Shown here piece after piece: positions 50,243 through 59,491 of a DNA stretch of 64,000 nt (the first letter of the stretch is position 1; each line of letters begins with the position of its first letter). The translations under genes and the position numbers were made by a program. The DNA is from Flavobacteriaceae bacterium (GTDB lineage Bacteria > Bacteroidota > Bacteroidia > Flavobacteriales > Flavobacteriaceae), in the NCBI GenBank assembly GCA_024638225.1, contig JAHEKR010000008.1, positions 17,474 to 81,473 of the forward strand, written 5' to 3'. Under the pieces are notes generated by a model that had not been told where the DNA came from, ran no database searches, and saw only the letters and a program-made list of their open reading frames with translations.

Positions 50243-50680
50243 TTAGTTAGCGTTTTTTTTGGTCCCGTAAAAATAAAGTGAATGTGCGTGTATGTCAATT
50301 TCAAAAACTTCTTCGATTGTTTTTTTGATTGCTTGAATACGCGGATCGCAAAATTCTTTGACGTCACCAGAATCGGTTAGTATTACGTGATCGTGTTGCT
50401 TGTCGAAATACGATTTCTCGTATTGGGCATGCTGTAACCCAAATTGGTGTTTGCGCACTAGGCCACAAGCCAAAAGCAATTCTATGGTATTGTACAGAGT
50501 AGCACGGCTCACACGATAGTTTTTGTTTTTCATTTTTATATACAACGATTCGATATCAAAGTGCTCATCGCTTAAGTATATTTCTTCCAAAATGGCAAAG
50601 CGTTCGGGTGTCTTTCGATGCCCGTTGCTATCCAAAAATTGGACAAATACATTTTTAACTATTTCGAATTCGTTTTTCAT
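50243..50680 (-). CDS. fur: Fur family transcriptional regulator
   Basis: Winged-helix region ([17 protein letters not shown]) and an HDH metal-site motif. The ATG at 50680 is preferred over the TTG at 50695. Confidence 0.8.
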   Translation of the reverse strand: MKNEFEIVKNVFVQFLDSNGHRKTPERFAILEEIYLSDEHFDIESLYIKMKNKNYRVSRATLYNTIELLLACGLVRKHQFGLQHAQYEKSYFDKQHDHVILTDSGDVKEFCDPRIQAIKKTIEEVFEIDIHAHSLYFYGTKKNAN

Positions 50681-50718
50681 ATTGATGAAGCCCAAAAAAC
50701 AAAGATAGGGAACAGAGT

Positions 50719-52920
50719 TTAATCTCGTACTACTTTATCGATGCCTGTTATTTTTTCAAGCTTGTTGATTAACATATGTAGGGTTGAAGCATGGCGCACA
50801 TGAAGTTTAATTTGCCCCGTAAAGGTCCCATTTTCGGTATCAAATTGTATTTGCAGTATATCTACATTGTGTGCATTTGAAATAAGGTGGGTTACTTCGT
50901 TGACCAAACCAAGTCTGTCAATACCTGAAAGCCGAATAATTCCCGTAAAAAATCCTTTTGATGAATCTATCCACTTTGCATTGATGATGCGGTAGCCGTA
51001 GTTTGAATGCAGGCTAATAGCATTCGGGCATTCATTTTTATGCACTTTAATTCCATCATTAATCGAAACAAACCCAAAAACCCCGTCACCAGGGATAGGC
51101 GAACAACAGGGGCTTAGTGTATAATCCAAGGTTTCTTGGTTCTTGCCAAACACCAACATATCATAAAACGAAGATACTTGGTTCGCATCTGTACTTTTTG
51201 GCTTAGCCTTATCTGTAGGTCTTCTTCGAAATAATTGCCAGAAACGGTTGTTTTCTTCAGCAGCAAATTTTTTCAGCATTTTGTTGTCAATGGTACCAAT
51301 TCCAATGCGGTAATAGAGATCGAGACTCGTTTTAAGCTTAAAATAAGTAATCATGGCATTGATGATGCGGTCACCAAACTTAAATTTCATTTGACGGAGC
51401 TTGCGACGCAGCAACTCTTTTCCTTCATCTGCGATTAATCGCTCTTCAGTCCTAAGTGAGGTACGGATGGCCGAACGGGCTTTTGCCGTGATGACAAAGT
51501 CAAGCCAACTTGTACTTGGTTTTGCCGCTTCAGAGGTGATAATCTCTACCTGATCACCACTGTTTAGGGGGTGGTTTAAGGGAACGATTTTCCCATTTAC
51601 ACGTGCACCTCTCGTTTTTTCGCCAACCTCGCTATGTATGGCAAAGGCAAAGTCTACAGGCGTAGCTCCTTTTGGCAGGGATTTTAAATCTCCCATGGGC
51701 GTAAACACAAATATTTCACTTGCGTATAGATTCAGTTTAAATTCTTTTACAAAATCTACGGCATCGGCCTCTTGTGATTCTAGCACCTCTCTAAGCCTGT
51801 TTAGCCAGAGCTCCATTCCACCTTCATCTTTACTTCCGTGCTTGTACTTAAAGTGTGCTGCGTATCCTTTTTCAGCAATTTCGTGCATTCGCTTTGACCG
51901 AATTTGCACCTCAACCCATTTGCTTCCCGGGCCAACTACCGTAATGTGTAAGGCCTCATAGCCTGTAGATTTTGGCGAAGATATCCAGTCGCGTAATCGC
52001 GTTGGGTTGGGTTGAAAATGATCGGTAACAATGGAATAAATTTTCCACGCCAAAAACTTTTCGTTTTTTGGTGTAGACTTGTAGATGATGCGTACTGCAA
52101 AACGATCAAAAACTTCATTAAAACGTTTGTTTTTCAGTTGCATCTTTTTTCGAATAGAGTAGATGCTTTTAAATCTTCCCTCAATTTCAAATTGAATGCG
52201 TTCTTTTCCCAAGTGATTTTGCAATTCTTCCTTGAAATGTTTGATGTATTCAAGGCGCTCTTCTTCACTGTCTTTAATTTTACGCTCTATATCTGCAAAC
52301 ACCTCGGGCTCGGTAAATTTCAACCCCAAATCCTCTAATTGTGATTTTATGTTGTACATGCCAACGCGGTGGGCTAGAGGCGCATAGATATAGAGTGTCT
52401 CAGAGGCTATTCTTACTTGCTTTTCCTCAGGCATAAATTCGAGCGTCATCATATTGTGCAATCGATCTGCTATTTTGATAAGAATAACCCGAACATCGTC
52501 GTTCATGGTCAACAGCATTTTTTTAAAGTTTTCTGCTTGAACGGAAACTCGCTTGTCTTTACTTAGTTTGGAGATTTTTGTCAAGCCATCCACAATTTTC
52601 GCCACTTCTTTACCAAACATTAATTCAATGTCGTCGAGTGTAAGCGATGTGTCTTCTGCCACATCATGGAGTAGAGCAGCAGCTATGGAAGTGGCTCCAA
52701 GTCCAATCTCATCCGCAACAATTTGCGCTACAGCAATTGGGTGTAAAATATAAGGCTCGCCACTTTTTCTACGCTGATCTTTGTGGGCATCTACAGCTGT
52801 CTCAAAAGCCAGTCGGATGAGTTTTTTGTCTTTTTCAGATAACGAAAGATAGGTGTTACGCAGTAAGTTTTTGTATTCCTGCGCAATCAGCGTGTTTTCG
52901 CTAACCTCTTTCGTTGCCAT
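50719..52920 (-). CDS. Bifunctional (p)ppGpp synthetase/hydrolase (RelA/SpoT homologue)
   Basis: HD hydrolase (HPIAVAQIV...LLHDVAEDT), RelA_SpoT synthetase (YEALHITV), TGS and ACT domains. 733 aa. Confidence 0.93.
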   Translation of the reverse strand: MATKEVSENTLIAQEYKNLLRNTYLSLSEKDKKLIRLAFETAVDAHKDQRRKSGEPYILHPIAVAQIVADEIGLGATSIAAALLHDVAEDTSLTLDDIELMFGKEVAKIVDGLTKISKLSKDKRVSVQAENFKKMLLTMNDDVRVILIKIADRLHNMMTLEFMPEEKQVRIASETLYIYAPLAHRVGMYNIKSQLEDLGLKFTEPEVFADIERKIKDSEEERLEYIKHFKEELQNHLGKERIQFEIEGRFKSIYSIRKKMQLKNKRFNEVFDRFAVRIIYKSTPKNEKFLAWKIYSIVTDHFQPNPTRLRDWISSPKSTGYEALHITVVGPGSKWVEVQIRSKRMHEIAEKGYAAHFKYKHGSKDEGGMELWLNRLREVLESQEADAVDFVKEFKLNLYASEIFVFTPMGDLKSLPKGATPVDFAFAIHSEVGEKTRGARVNGKIVPLNHPLNSGDQVEIITSEAAKPSTSWLDFVITAKARSAIRTSLRTEERLIADEGKELLRRKLRQMKFKFGDRIINAMITYFKLKTSLDLYYRIGIGTIDNKMLKKFAAEENNRFWQLFRRRPTDKAKPKSTDANQVSSFYDMLVFGKNQETLDYTLSPCCSPIPGDGVFGFVSINDGIKVHKNECPNAISLHSNYGYRIINAKWIDSSKGFFTGIIRLSGIDRLGLVNEVTHLISNAHNVDILQIQFDTENGTFTGQIKLHVRHASTLHMLINKLEKITGIDKVVRD

Positions 52921-52938
52921 CTGTTAAAGATACAAAAA

Positions 52939-53736
52939 TTACACATTACGCTGACGTTGAATTTCGTAGAGTAAAACGGCTGCGGCCACGGACACATTAA
53001 GCGAGTCTACTTGCCCCAGCATGGGTATCTTTATGGGTGTAATATGATTTTGCAACCAATAGTCGCTTAGTCCCTTTGCTTCACTACCCAGAACAATTGC
53101 TGTTGACAGGCTGAATTCTGCTGCTGTGTAGGAAATGCTTTTTTGCAATACAGCAGCATAGGTCGGGATGTTGTTTTTTAACAAAAAGGCATTTGCCTGT
53201 TCATTGCTGCAAACAAAAATAGGTGTAGCAAAAAATCCGCCAACGCTAGAACGAATTACATTGGGATTGTGAATATCGGTATGTTGTTCGGTAACCAGTA
53301 CAGCATCTACGGCTGTAGCTTCAGCTGTACGTAATACTGCACCTAGATTCCCAGGCTTTTCAATAGATTCCAACACAACAATCAAGGCGTTTTTTGCGGG
53401 CCGATAGTGTTCGAGCGTATCATCGTTTTGACGCAAAACAGCTATGACCCCTTCCGTACTTTCGCGAAAAGCTATTTTTTGATATACTTCTTGGGTTAAA
53501 GTAGTGGGCTCTAGATTGGGTGTTAGCTGTTGCTTCCAAAGGGCAAACTCTTCTGCTGAAAACAGTTCAGGACACCAATACATATTTAAAACTTCATATC
53601 CAGCCAATTGCGCAAGCTGTAATTCTCGCCTTCCTTCTACAATAAATTGTTTTTCAGCACGTCGAACTTTTGATTTGGACTGCAACAACATTAGTCTTTT
53701 TATTTCTTTATTCTGTGTGCTGGTAATGTGTTTCAT
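52939..53736 (-). CDS. TrmH/SpoU family RNA 2'-O-methyltransferase
   Basis: SpoU motifs VVLESIEKPGNLGAVLRTA, LGSEAKGLS and IPMLGQVDSLNVSVAAAVLLYE. 265 aa. Confidence 0.85.
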   Translation of the reverse strand: MKHITSTQNKEIKRLMLLQSKSKVRRAEKQFIVEGRRELQLAQLAGYEVLNMYWCPELFSAEEFALWKQQLTPNLEPTTLTQEVYQKIAFRESTEGVIAVLRQNDDTLEHYRPAKNALIVVLESIEKPGNLGAVLRTAEATAVDAVLVTEQHTDIHNPNVIRSSVGGFFATPIFVCSNEQANAFLLKNNIPTYAAVLQKSISYTAAEFSLSTAIVLGSEAKGLSDYWLQNHITPIKIPMLGQVDSLNVSVAAAVLLYEIQRQRNV

Positions 53737-53766
53737 GATGGAGAAATCATTTATTTAAATAATAAC

Positions 53767-53786
53767 ATTTAAACAATTGTTTAAAT
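53767..53786. promoter_or_regulatory. Perfect 20-bp palindrome in the trmH / response-regulator divergent intergenic region
   Basis: atttaaacaa|ttgtttaaat at 53767-53786 is fully self-complementary. It lies 31 nt from the trmH-family ATG and just upstream of the response-regulator reading frame. Confidence 0.5.
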
Positions 53787-53819
53787 TTTTTTTAAAAAAG
53801 TTTTATTATTGAATTCCAA

Positions 53820-54617
53820 ATTTTCTTACTTGTCTACACAGCCGTAGTTGTTGATGATGAAGCCCGCAATATCGCACTTTTCTCTTATTATTTAGAAAAG
53901 TACTGTCCTGATATTAAACTAGTAGCTGCACATACCAAAAAAAATAAAGCTATCGCTTACTTAAAAAAGAACAAGCCAGATATCCTGTTTTTAGATATTG
54001 TATTGGATGTAGGTAGTGGATTTGACGTGTTGGACGCTGTTGGTCATGAGGGTCTGGAGGTTGTTTTGTGTACAGCTCATGACGAGTTCGCGCTTCATGC
54101 AATCCGATATCAAGTGGTTGACTATTTGCTCAAGCCCTTAGAAATTCAAAACTTAATTAATACAGTTGATAAAATCAAACACAGATTAAATGGAAAAGAG
54201 GATCAACATGTTTTCGATGCTTCTTTATTTTCCGAAATGAAGCACAATACAGAAACGTCTAAACAGCGACTGCCGTTGATCAATAAAGGGGCTATTGATT
54301 TTGTTGATACAGCAGATATTTTATCGGTAGAAAGCATCAAGTCGAGTTCTAGATGTAAGGTGGTCATGCGCCATCACAATAAAGGAGCGCATATACTTGT
54401 TAGCCAAACCTTAATGCAGATGGAAGAAAATTACCAAAAAGCATATTTTTTTCGCGCTGGAAAAACCTGTATTATCAATGTCTCTGCCATCAAAACGATC
54501 CACCGCAATGTGCAATACATCTGCACGCTACTCAATGACCATAGGCTAATTTTATCTCGAAAAGGGTATAGGGAACTTATTCAGTTTATTGAAAAAGTTT
54601 ACCAAACCAAGATTTAG
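53820..54617 (+). CDS. LytTR-family response regulator (receiver plus LytTR DNA-binding domain); start codon unresolved
   Basis: The frame is open from 53796. It encodes ...[30 protein letters not shown]...[12 protein letters not shown]...[10 protein letters not shown]...YLLKP, that is the acidic pocket, phospho-acceptor Asp, Thr and Lys of a receiver. A LytTR domain follows ([22 protein letters not shown]...[15 protein letters not shown]). No ATG/GTG/TTG occurs before 54003. In-frame ATT codons lie at 53805, 53808 and 53820, and 53820 was chosen arbitrarily. Confidence 0.65.
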   Translation: MFLLVYTAVVVDDEARNIALFSYYLEKYCPDIKLVAAHTKKNKAIAYLKKNKPDILFLDIVLDVGSGFDVLDAVGHEGLEVVLCTAHDEFALHAIRYQVVDYLLKPLEIQNLINTVDKIKHRLNGKEDQHVFDASLFSEMKHNTETSKQRLPLINKGAIDFVDTADILSVESIKSSSRCKVVMRHHNKGAHILVSQTLMQMEENYQKAYFFRAGKTCIINVSAIKTIHRNVQYICTLLNDHRLILSRKGYRELIQFIEKVYQTKI

Positions 54618-54655
54618 CTTTTTTATTGACATGGGCTTTGCTACTTTTGTGCATC

Positions 54656-55897
54656 ATGAAAGCAAAAGTACTTGATACCAACCATTTTATAGCCCTGGAG
54701 AACGAATACGGGGCACACAACTACCATCCATTGCCTGTAGTCCTATCCAAGGGGGAAGGGGTTTTTGTTTGGGATGTTGAAGGAAAAAAGTATTACGATT
54801 TTTTATCTGCCTATTCAGCTGTTAATCAGGGTCATTGTCATCCAAAAATAATCGCTGCACTAAACGATCAGGCTGCCCGATTAACGCTTACCTCTAGAGC
54901 TTTTCACAACGATGTTTTGGGTACTTACGAACAGTACATTACCCAACTTTTTGGATACGATAAGGTACTACCGATGAATACAGGGGTTGAAGGGGGTGAA
55001 ACAGCTAATAAATTAGCACGAAAGTGGGGGTATTTAAAAAAGCAAATTCCAGAAAATAAGGCGCGGATTATTTTTGCAAATGGAAACTTTTGGGGGCGTA
55101 CACTTGCTGCTATTTCTAGCTCAGACGACCCAAGTTCTTACAAGGATTTTGGTCCATATATGCCCGGCTATGATTTAATTCCGTACAACGATTTAGCTGC
55201 ATTAGAAAATGAATGCAAAGACCCTAATGTTTGCGCATTTATGGTAGAGCCGATACAAGGTGAGGCGGGTGTTGTTGTCCCTGATGAAGGTTATTTAGCT
55301 GGTGTACGTAGCCTTTGCGACAAATACAACGTACTTTTTATTGCAGATGAGGTACAGACGGGAATAGCACGAACAGGAAAAATGCTTGCAACAGATTATG
55401 AAGAAGCACGTCCTGATGTTTTGATTTTGGGGAAAGCACTTTCTGGTGGGGTTTTTCCCGTTTCAGCTGTATTGGCAGACGATGAGGTGATGATGTGTAT
55501 CAAGCCTGGAGAGCACGGTTCTACATTTGGTGGCAATCCGCTCGCCTGTAAAATTGCTCAGGCTGCTTTGGAAATTGTGGTTGAAGAAGATTTAGCATCC
55601 AAATCGTATGATTTAGGAATGCTTTTTAGAGAAAAACTTGAACGTTATGCAGCAACTAGTTCTGTAGTGCGTTTAGTCCGTGGAAAAGGGTTGCTGAATG
55701 CTTTGGTGATTAACGATACTCCAGAAAGTGATACTGCTTGGAATATTTGTCTAGCCCTTCGCGATAACGGTTTGTTGGCAAAACCAACCCATGGGAACAT
55801 AATCCGATTTGCCCCGCCTCTGGTTATCACAGAAGATGAACTTTTAGAGGCTGTTCAGCTTATTATCAATACCCTAATGTTATTTGAAAAAAATTAA
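54656..55897 (+). CDS. rocD: Ornithine aminotransferase
   Basis: [51 protein letters not shown] is a classic OAT N-terminus, together with [12 protein letters not shown]. The ATG at 54656 is preferred over the TTG at 54626. Confidence 0.88.
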   Translation: MKAKVLDTNHFIALENEYGAHNYHPLPVVLSKGEGVFVWDVEGKKYYDFLSAYSAVNQGHCHPKIIAALNDQAARLTLTSRAFHNDVLGTYEQYITQLFGYDKVLPMNTGVEGGETANKLARKWGYLKKQIPENKARIIFANGNFWGRTLAAISSSDDPSSYKDFGPYMPGYDLIPYNDLAALENECKDPNVCAFMVEPIQGEAGVVVPDEGYLAGVRSLCDKYNVLFIADEVQTGIARTGKMLATDYEEARPDVLILGKALSGGVFPVSAVLADDEVMMCIKPGEHGSTFGGNPLACKIAQAALEIVVEEDLASKSYDLGMLFREKLERYAATSSVVRLVRGKGLLNALVINDTPESDTAWNICLALRDNGLLAKPTHGNIIRFAPPLVITEDELLEAVQLIINTLMLFEKN

Positions 55898-55901
55898 TTC
55901 T

Positions 55902-57050
55902 ATGGAATTAATTTATGTCGATAATGCAGCTACTACAGCTATTTCCCCGGAAGTGGCAACGGTCATGCATCAGACACTTAACTCCTGTTACGGCAATCCA
56001 TCTTCAGTGCATGCCATTGGTCGTACAGCAAGGGCAAAGGTAGAATCTGCTCGTAAATTCATTGCGCATAAGTTGGGCGTTTTGCCCAAAGAAATTATTT
56101 TTACTTCAGGTGGAACAGAGGCTGATAATACAGTGCTTCAAGGAGTTGTACACCATTTAGGGATCAAACACATCATTACCTCGCCAATTGAGCACCATGC
56201 CGTTCTTCATCCATTAGAACACCTTGCCCAGCAAGGACTTATCCAACTGGACTATGTTAGCATTGATTCTGATGGGACACCAGATCTAGAAGATCTAGTT
56301 CGTCTATTAACCCGTACTTCTGCGCCCAAGTTGGTTAGTTTGATGTATGTCAATAATGAAGTGGGAACCATACTTGATATTCAATCTATAGGAAGGCTGT
56401 GTCACAAGCACAACGCTTTATTTCACTCCGATACGGTTCAAGTAGTGGGCCACTTTCCGCTAAATTTGGGTGATCTTCCAATAGATTTTGCTGCTGCTGC
56501 TGCACATAAATTTCACGGACCTAAGGGAGTAGGTTTTATGTATGCACGTAGCAAAACTGGATTGGGATCATTACTTATGGGCGGTGCACAAGAAAGAGGA
56601 ATGCGCGCAGGAACAGAAGCGGTACACGATATTGTGGGCATGGAAATGGCACTTAAACTTGCCTATGAAAGCCTATCCAATGATACTACTTATCTAAAAG
56701 AACTAAAAACCTATTGTCTTGGATTGCTTAAGGAAAAAATTCCGGGTATATCTTTTAACGGAGCTAGTGACAACTTGGAGAAAAGCACGCATACGATTGT
56801 GAGTTTACGTTTGCCTATAGACAAGAAAAAAGCGCAATTATTGGCTTTTCATATGGATTTAAAAGGGATTTGCTGTTCTAAGGGAAGTGCTTGTCAGTCG
56901 GGGAGTGAGACAGGATCTCACGTATTACAACACTTGCTTTCAGAAAGGGAAAATGAATCGCCTTCCATCCGCTTGTCGTTTTCAACGCACAATACCAAAG
57001 ATGAAATAGACACCATTGTCGCCACTTTGGTTGAGTACATAAATAGCTAG
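55902..57050 (+). CDS. Cysteine desulfurase (NifS/IscS-like class V aminotransferase)
   Basis: YVDNAATT, SGGTEADN, HKFHGPKGVG (PLP Lys) and GSACQSG (active-site Cys). The ATG at 55902 follows the rocD stop. Confidence 0.85.
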   Translation: MELIYVDNAATTAISPEVATVMHQTLNSCYGNPSSVHAIGRTARAKVESARKFIAHKLGVLPKEIIFTSGGTEADNTVLQGVVHHLGIKHIITSPIEHHAVLHPLEHLAQQGLIQLDYVSIDSDGTPDLEDLVRLLTRTSAPKLVSLMYVNNEVGTILDIQSIGRLCHKHNALFHSDTVQVVGHFPLNLGDLPIDFAAAAAHKFHGPKGVGFMYARSKTGLGSLLMGGAQERGMRAGTEAVHDIVGMEMALKLAYESLSNDTTYLKELKTYCLGLLKEKIPGISFNGASDNLEKSTHTIVSLRLPIDKKKAQLLAFHMDLKGICCSKGSACQSGSETGSHVLQHLLSERENESPSIRLSFSTHNTKDEIDTIVATLVEYINS

Positions 57051-59491
57051 AATCGGGCAGTTAACTTTAGGTTAAAGACTCTTGGGGTCATGTAATTTGG
57101 AATGGCAAATTGTCGCTGTGTATACACATCCCGTACCCATGTATTGGTGATCGCATTTTGAACATCAAATAGATTAAATATCTCTACACCAATTTGAAGT
57201 TCTTCAAAAGCTTTAAATCTATTTTTAAATCGAGTATCGTCTTTTAGTATGTACAAGAACCCAATGTCTGCACGTTTGTAATCGCGTAGTCTATTTTGAT
57301 AGATATAGGGATCGGCATAGCTAGGCGAACCCCCTGGAAGACCAGTGTTGTACACCAGGTTTAGATTCATTTTTAAAAACGGCAGTCTGGGAACATAGTC
57401 CTGAAACAACATGGCGAATTTTATACGCTGATCGGTTGGTCTAGGAATATTTCCTCTACCGTCTTGGTTTTCTTGAGCATTCAAAAAGCCTAGACTAATC
57501 CATGATTCTGTACCTGGCACAAACTCCCCATTCAACCTTAAATCTAGTCCATAAACATTCGCAGTGGTGTTGTTGTTTGCTGCATAACGAATGCGTACAT
57601 TTTCTAATGTGTATGGATTTACATCCCAAAGTTTTTTCAAGTAGGCAGCAGATTGAAGGACAAAGGGCCTGTCCCATAAGTCAAATGTACGCTCATGGCT
57701 GAGTACTGCATGAATGGATTTTTGTGGTTTTACATCAGGATTAATCAGCCCAGAACGGTTACGCAACTCCCTGTAAAAAGGCGCTTGCGTGTACATGCCT
57801 AAAGACATGCGCGTAACTACGTTTGGGTTCTTGATCGGTTGTAAACTCAGTTGTGCTCTAGGACTGACAAACGTACTCCCCGCATTATTAAAATTACTCA
57901 ATGTCCAGTGGTGTACCCGGACTCCAGCCGATAACCAAGCAACTTTTTTGCCCATCAAAAAGCGGTTATTCCACTGTAAGTACCCCGAGATTCTATTCAA
58001 TGTGGTTTGCTGCGTGGCCCTAATGTTGTTGAACAATTCTAGTGGTCCTTCAAATGGGCTGTATGGCTGATTATTTTTTGGAAGTAGGGCAGGAGGTCGG
58101 ATTGAAAAACCTGCAGAATCTACTTTTTCCCACTCAACAACCCGATCACGAATATTTTCAGATTTCAATTTAACTCCCCATCGAAACTGGTGCTTTTCTT
58201 TTTGGTGCTGACCGGAAAATGAGACCGAAGTAATCAATGCGTCATAATCATTTCTGCCGTGTGTGTGTTGACTACCGACGCCTTCTGCATAAAGGATATC
58301 TCCAAGATTTTCAGAGCCAATTTCTGTACTAGGCGTCCCAAGTAAATATTGAGCTAGTATGTCAAAATACTCTTGTTCAGCTGTGTGATATAGCGAAGTT
58401 GTCAGCGTATATTTTGTTTGTTCATTTGGCTGATAAGTACTTTTAAGTGCACCTAAATAGGTTTGATACACATCTTTTTCTTGCCCCTGGTAATAAACCA
58501 AAAGTGCTCTAGGTTCTGCTATGCTACCAAAGTTAGTTTGCCTTGTTTGGGGCGCATAATGATAATCATTTCTAGATATAGAACCTAAAAACTGAACATT
58601 CCAACGCTTGTTATTTTGGTAATTGACAAGGGTTTGAATATCCATAAAAGAGGGTTGATACTGAGCAGCGGTTTCCTTTTGGTTTACAAGAAGTTGATTG
58701 TCGCGGTAGCGCACTCCTGCAATAGCGGACCAATTTCCTCTTTTGGTGCCGTAGCTAATACTGCCTCCCATAAGACTTGCTTCAATGCTGGCTTCCGACT
58801 TCTTTGGTGTTTTGTACGTGATATCAAGCACTGATGATAGTTTATCTCCGTAGGTGGCGTCAAATCCACCTGACTTAAACGATACTTCTTGTATTAAATC
58901 AGTATTCAAAAAGCTTAAACCCTCTTGTTGACCTGCGCGAATAAGCGTGGGTCGATACACTTCTATACCATTGACATAAACTAGATTTTCGTCATAATTG
59001 CCGCCCCTTACGGCGTATTGTGTGCTGAGTTCATTGTTTGAGTTAACACCAGGAAGACTTAGCAATAAGTTTTCGACTCCAGCATTAGCACCAGTAATGT
59101 TGCGAATAGTTTTTGGCGATAGGATGGTTACTCCCCGAACCCTTGTGTCGTTATTGGCGCGTACAATTACTTCGCCAATTTGCGCTGTATTGGTACTTAA
59201 AACCAAATTAAATTCTGTAGTAGTATTCGGTTTAAGATTGAAGGACACCACTGCATTTTTGTGTGCTATATGCGAAAAGCTTAGAGAAATTTGTTCACCA
59301 GCAGCAACATTGAGCTTGTAAAAACCATTTTCGTTTGTCGTTGTTCCTTTACCGGATTGCGTAGAAATACTAACTAAGGCTATTGGGTTTTGATCTTCTC
59401 CAGTAATGATCCCTTGCACCGTTGCCGTTTGCGCGATCATCCAAACCGAGCTCGACAGTATAACAATTAAAGTAGCAATTCCATTTTTCAT
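57047..59491 (-). CDS. TonB-dependent receptor with N-terminal carboxypeptidase-regulatory-like domain
   Basis: 814 aa. Signal peptide, CarboxypepD_reg-like start (TATVQGIITGEDQNPIALVSIS), a plug region, and a C-terminal beta-barrel ending in an aromatic residue (...LKLTARF). Confidence 0.85.
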   Translation of the reverse strand: MKNGIATLIVILSSSVWMIAQTATVQGIITGEDQNPIALVSISTQSGKGTTTNENGFYKLNVAAGEQISLSFSHIAHKNAVVSFNLKPNTTTEFNLVLSTNTAQIGEVIVRANNDTRVRGVTILSPKTIRNITGANAGVENLLLSLPGVNSNNELSTQYAVRGGNYDENLVYVNGIEVYRPTLIRAGQQEGLSFLNTDLIQEVSFKSGGFDATYGDKLSSVLDITYKTPKKSEASIEASLMGGSISYGTKRGNWSAIAGVRYRDNQLLVNQKETAAQYQPSFMDIQTLVNYQNNKRWNVQFLGSISRNDYHYAPQTRQTNFGSIAEPRALLVYYQGQEKDVYQTYLGALKSTYQPNEQTKYTLTTSLYHTAEQEYFDILAQYLLGTPSTEIGSENLGDILYAEGVGSQHTHGRNDYDALITSVSFSGQHQKEKHQFRWGVKLKSENIRDRVVEWEKVDSAGFSIRPPALLPKNNQPYSPFEGPLELFNNIRATQQTTLNRISGYLQWNNRFLMGKKVAWLSAGVRVHHWTLSNFNNAGSTFVSPRAQLSLQPIKNPNVVTRMSLGMYTQAPFYRELRNRSGLINPDVKPQKSIHAVLSHERTFDLWDRPFVLQSAAYLKKLWDVNPYTLENVRIRYAANNNTTANVYGLDLRLNGEFVPGTESWISLGFLNAQENQDGRGNIPRPTDQRIKFAMLFQDYVPRLPFLKMNLNLVYNTGLPGGSPSYADPYIYQNRLRDYKRADIGFLYILKDDTRFKNRFKAFEELQIGVEIFNLFDVQNAITNTWVRDVYTQRQFAIPNYMTPRVFNLKLTARF

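Noticed and set aside
53843-53911. Apparent +1 frameshift (T-run) splitting the receiver domain of the LytTR regulator
   Set aside because: On a careful recount the run at 53878-53881 is T4 and the frame is continuous (…[12 protein letters not shown]…). A frameshifted version would also create an ATG-initiated ORF that the ORF track does not list. The real anomaly is the missing canonical start, not a frameshift.
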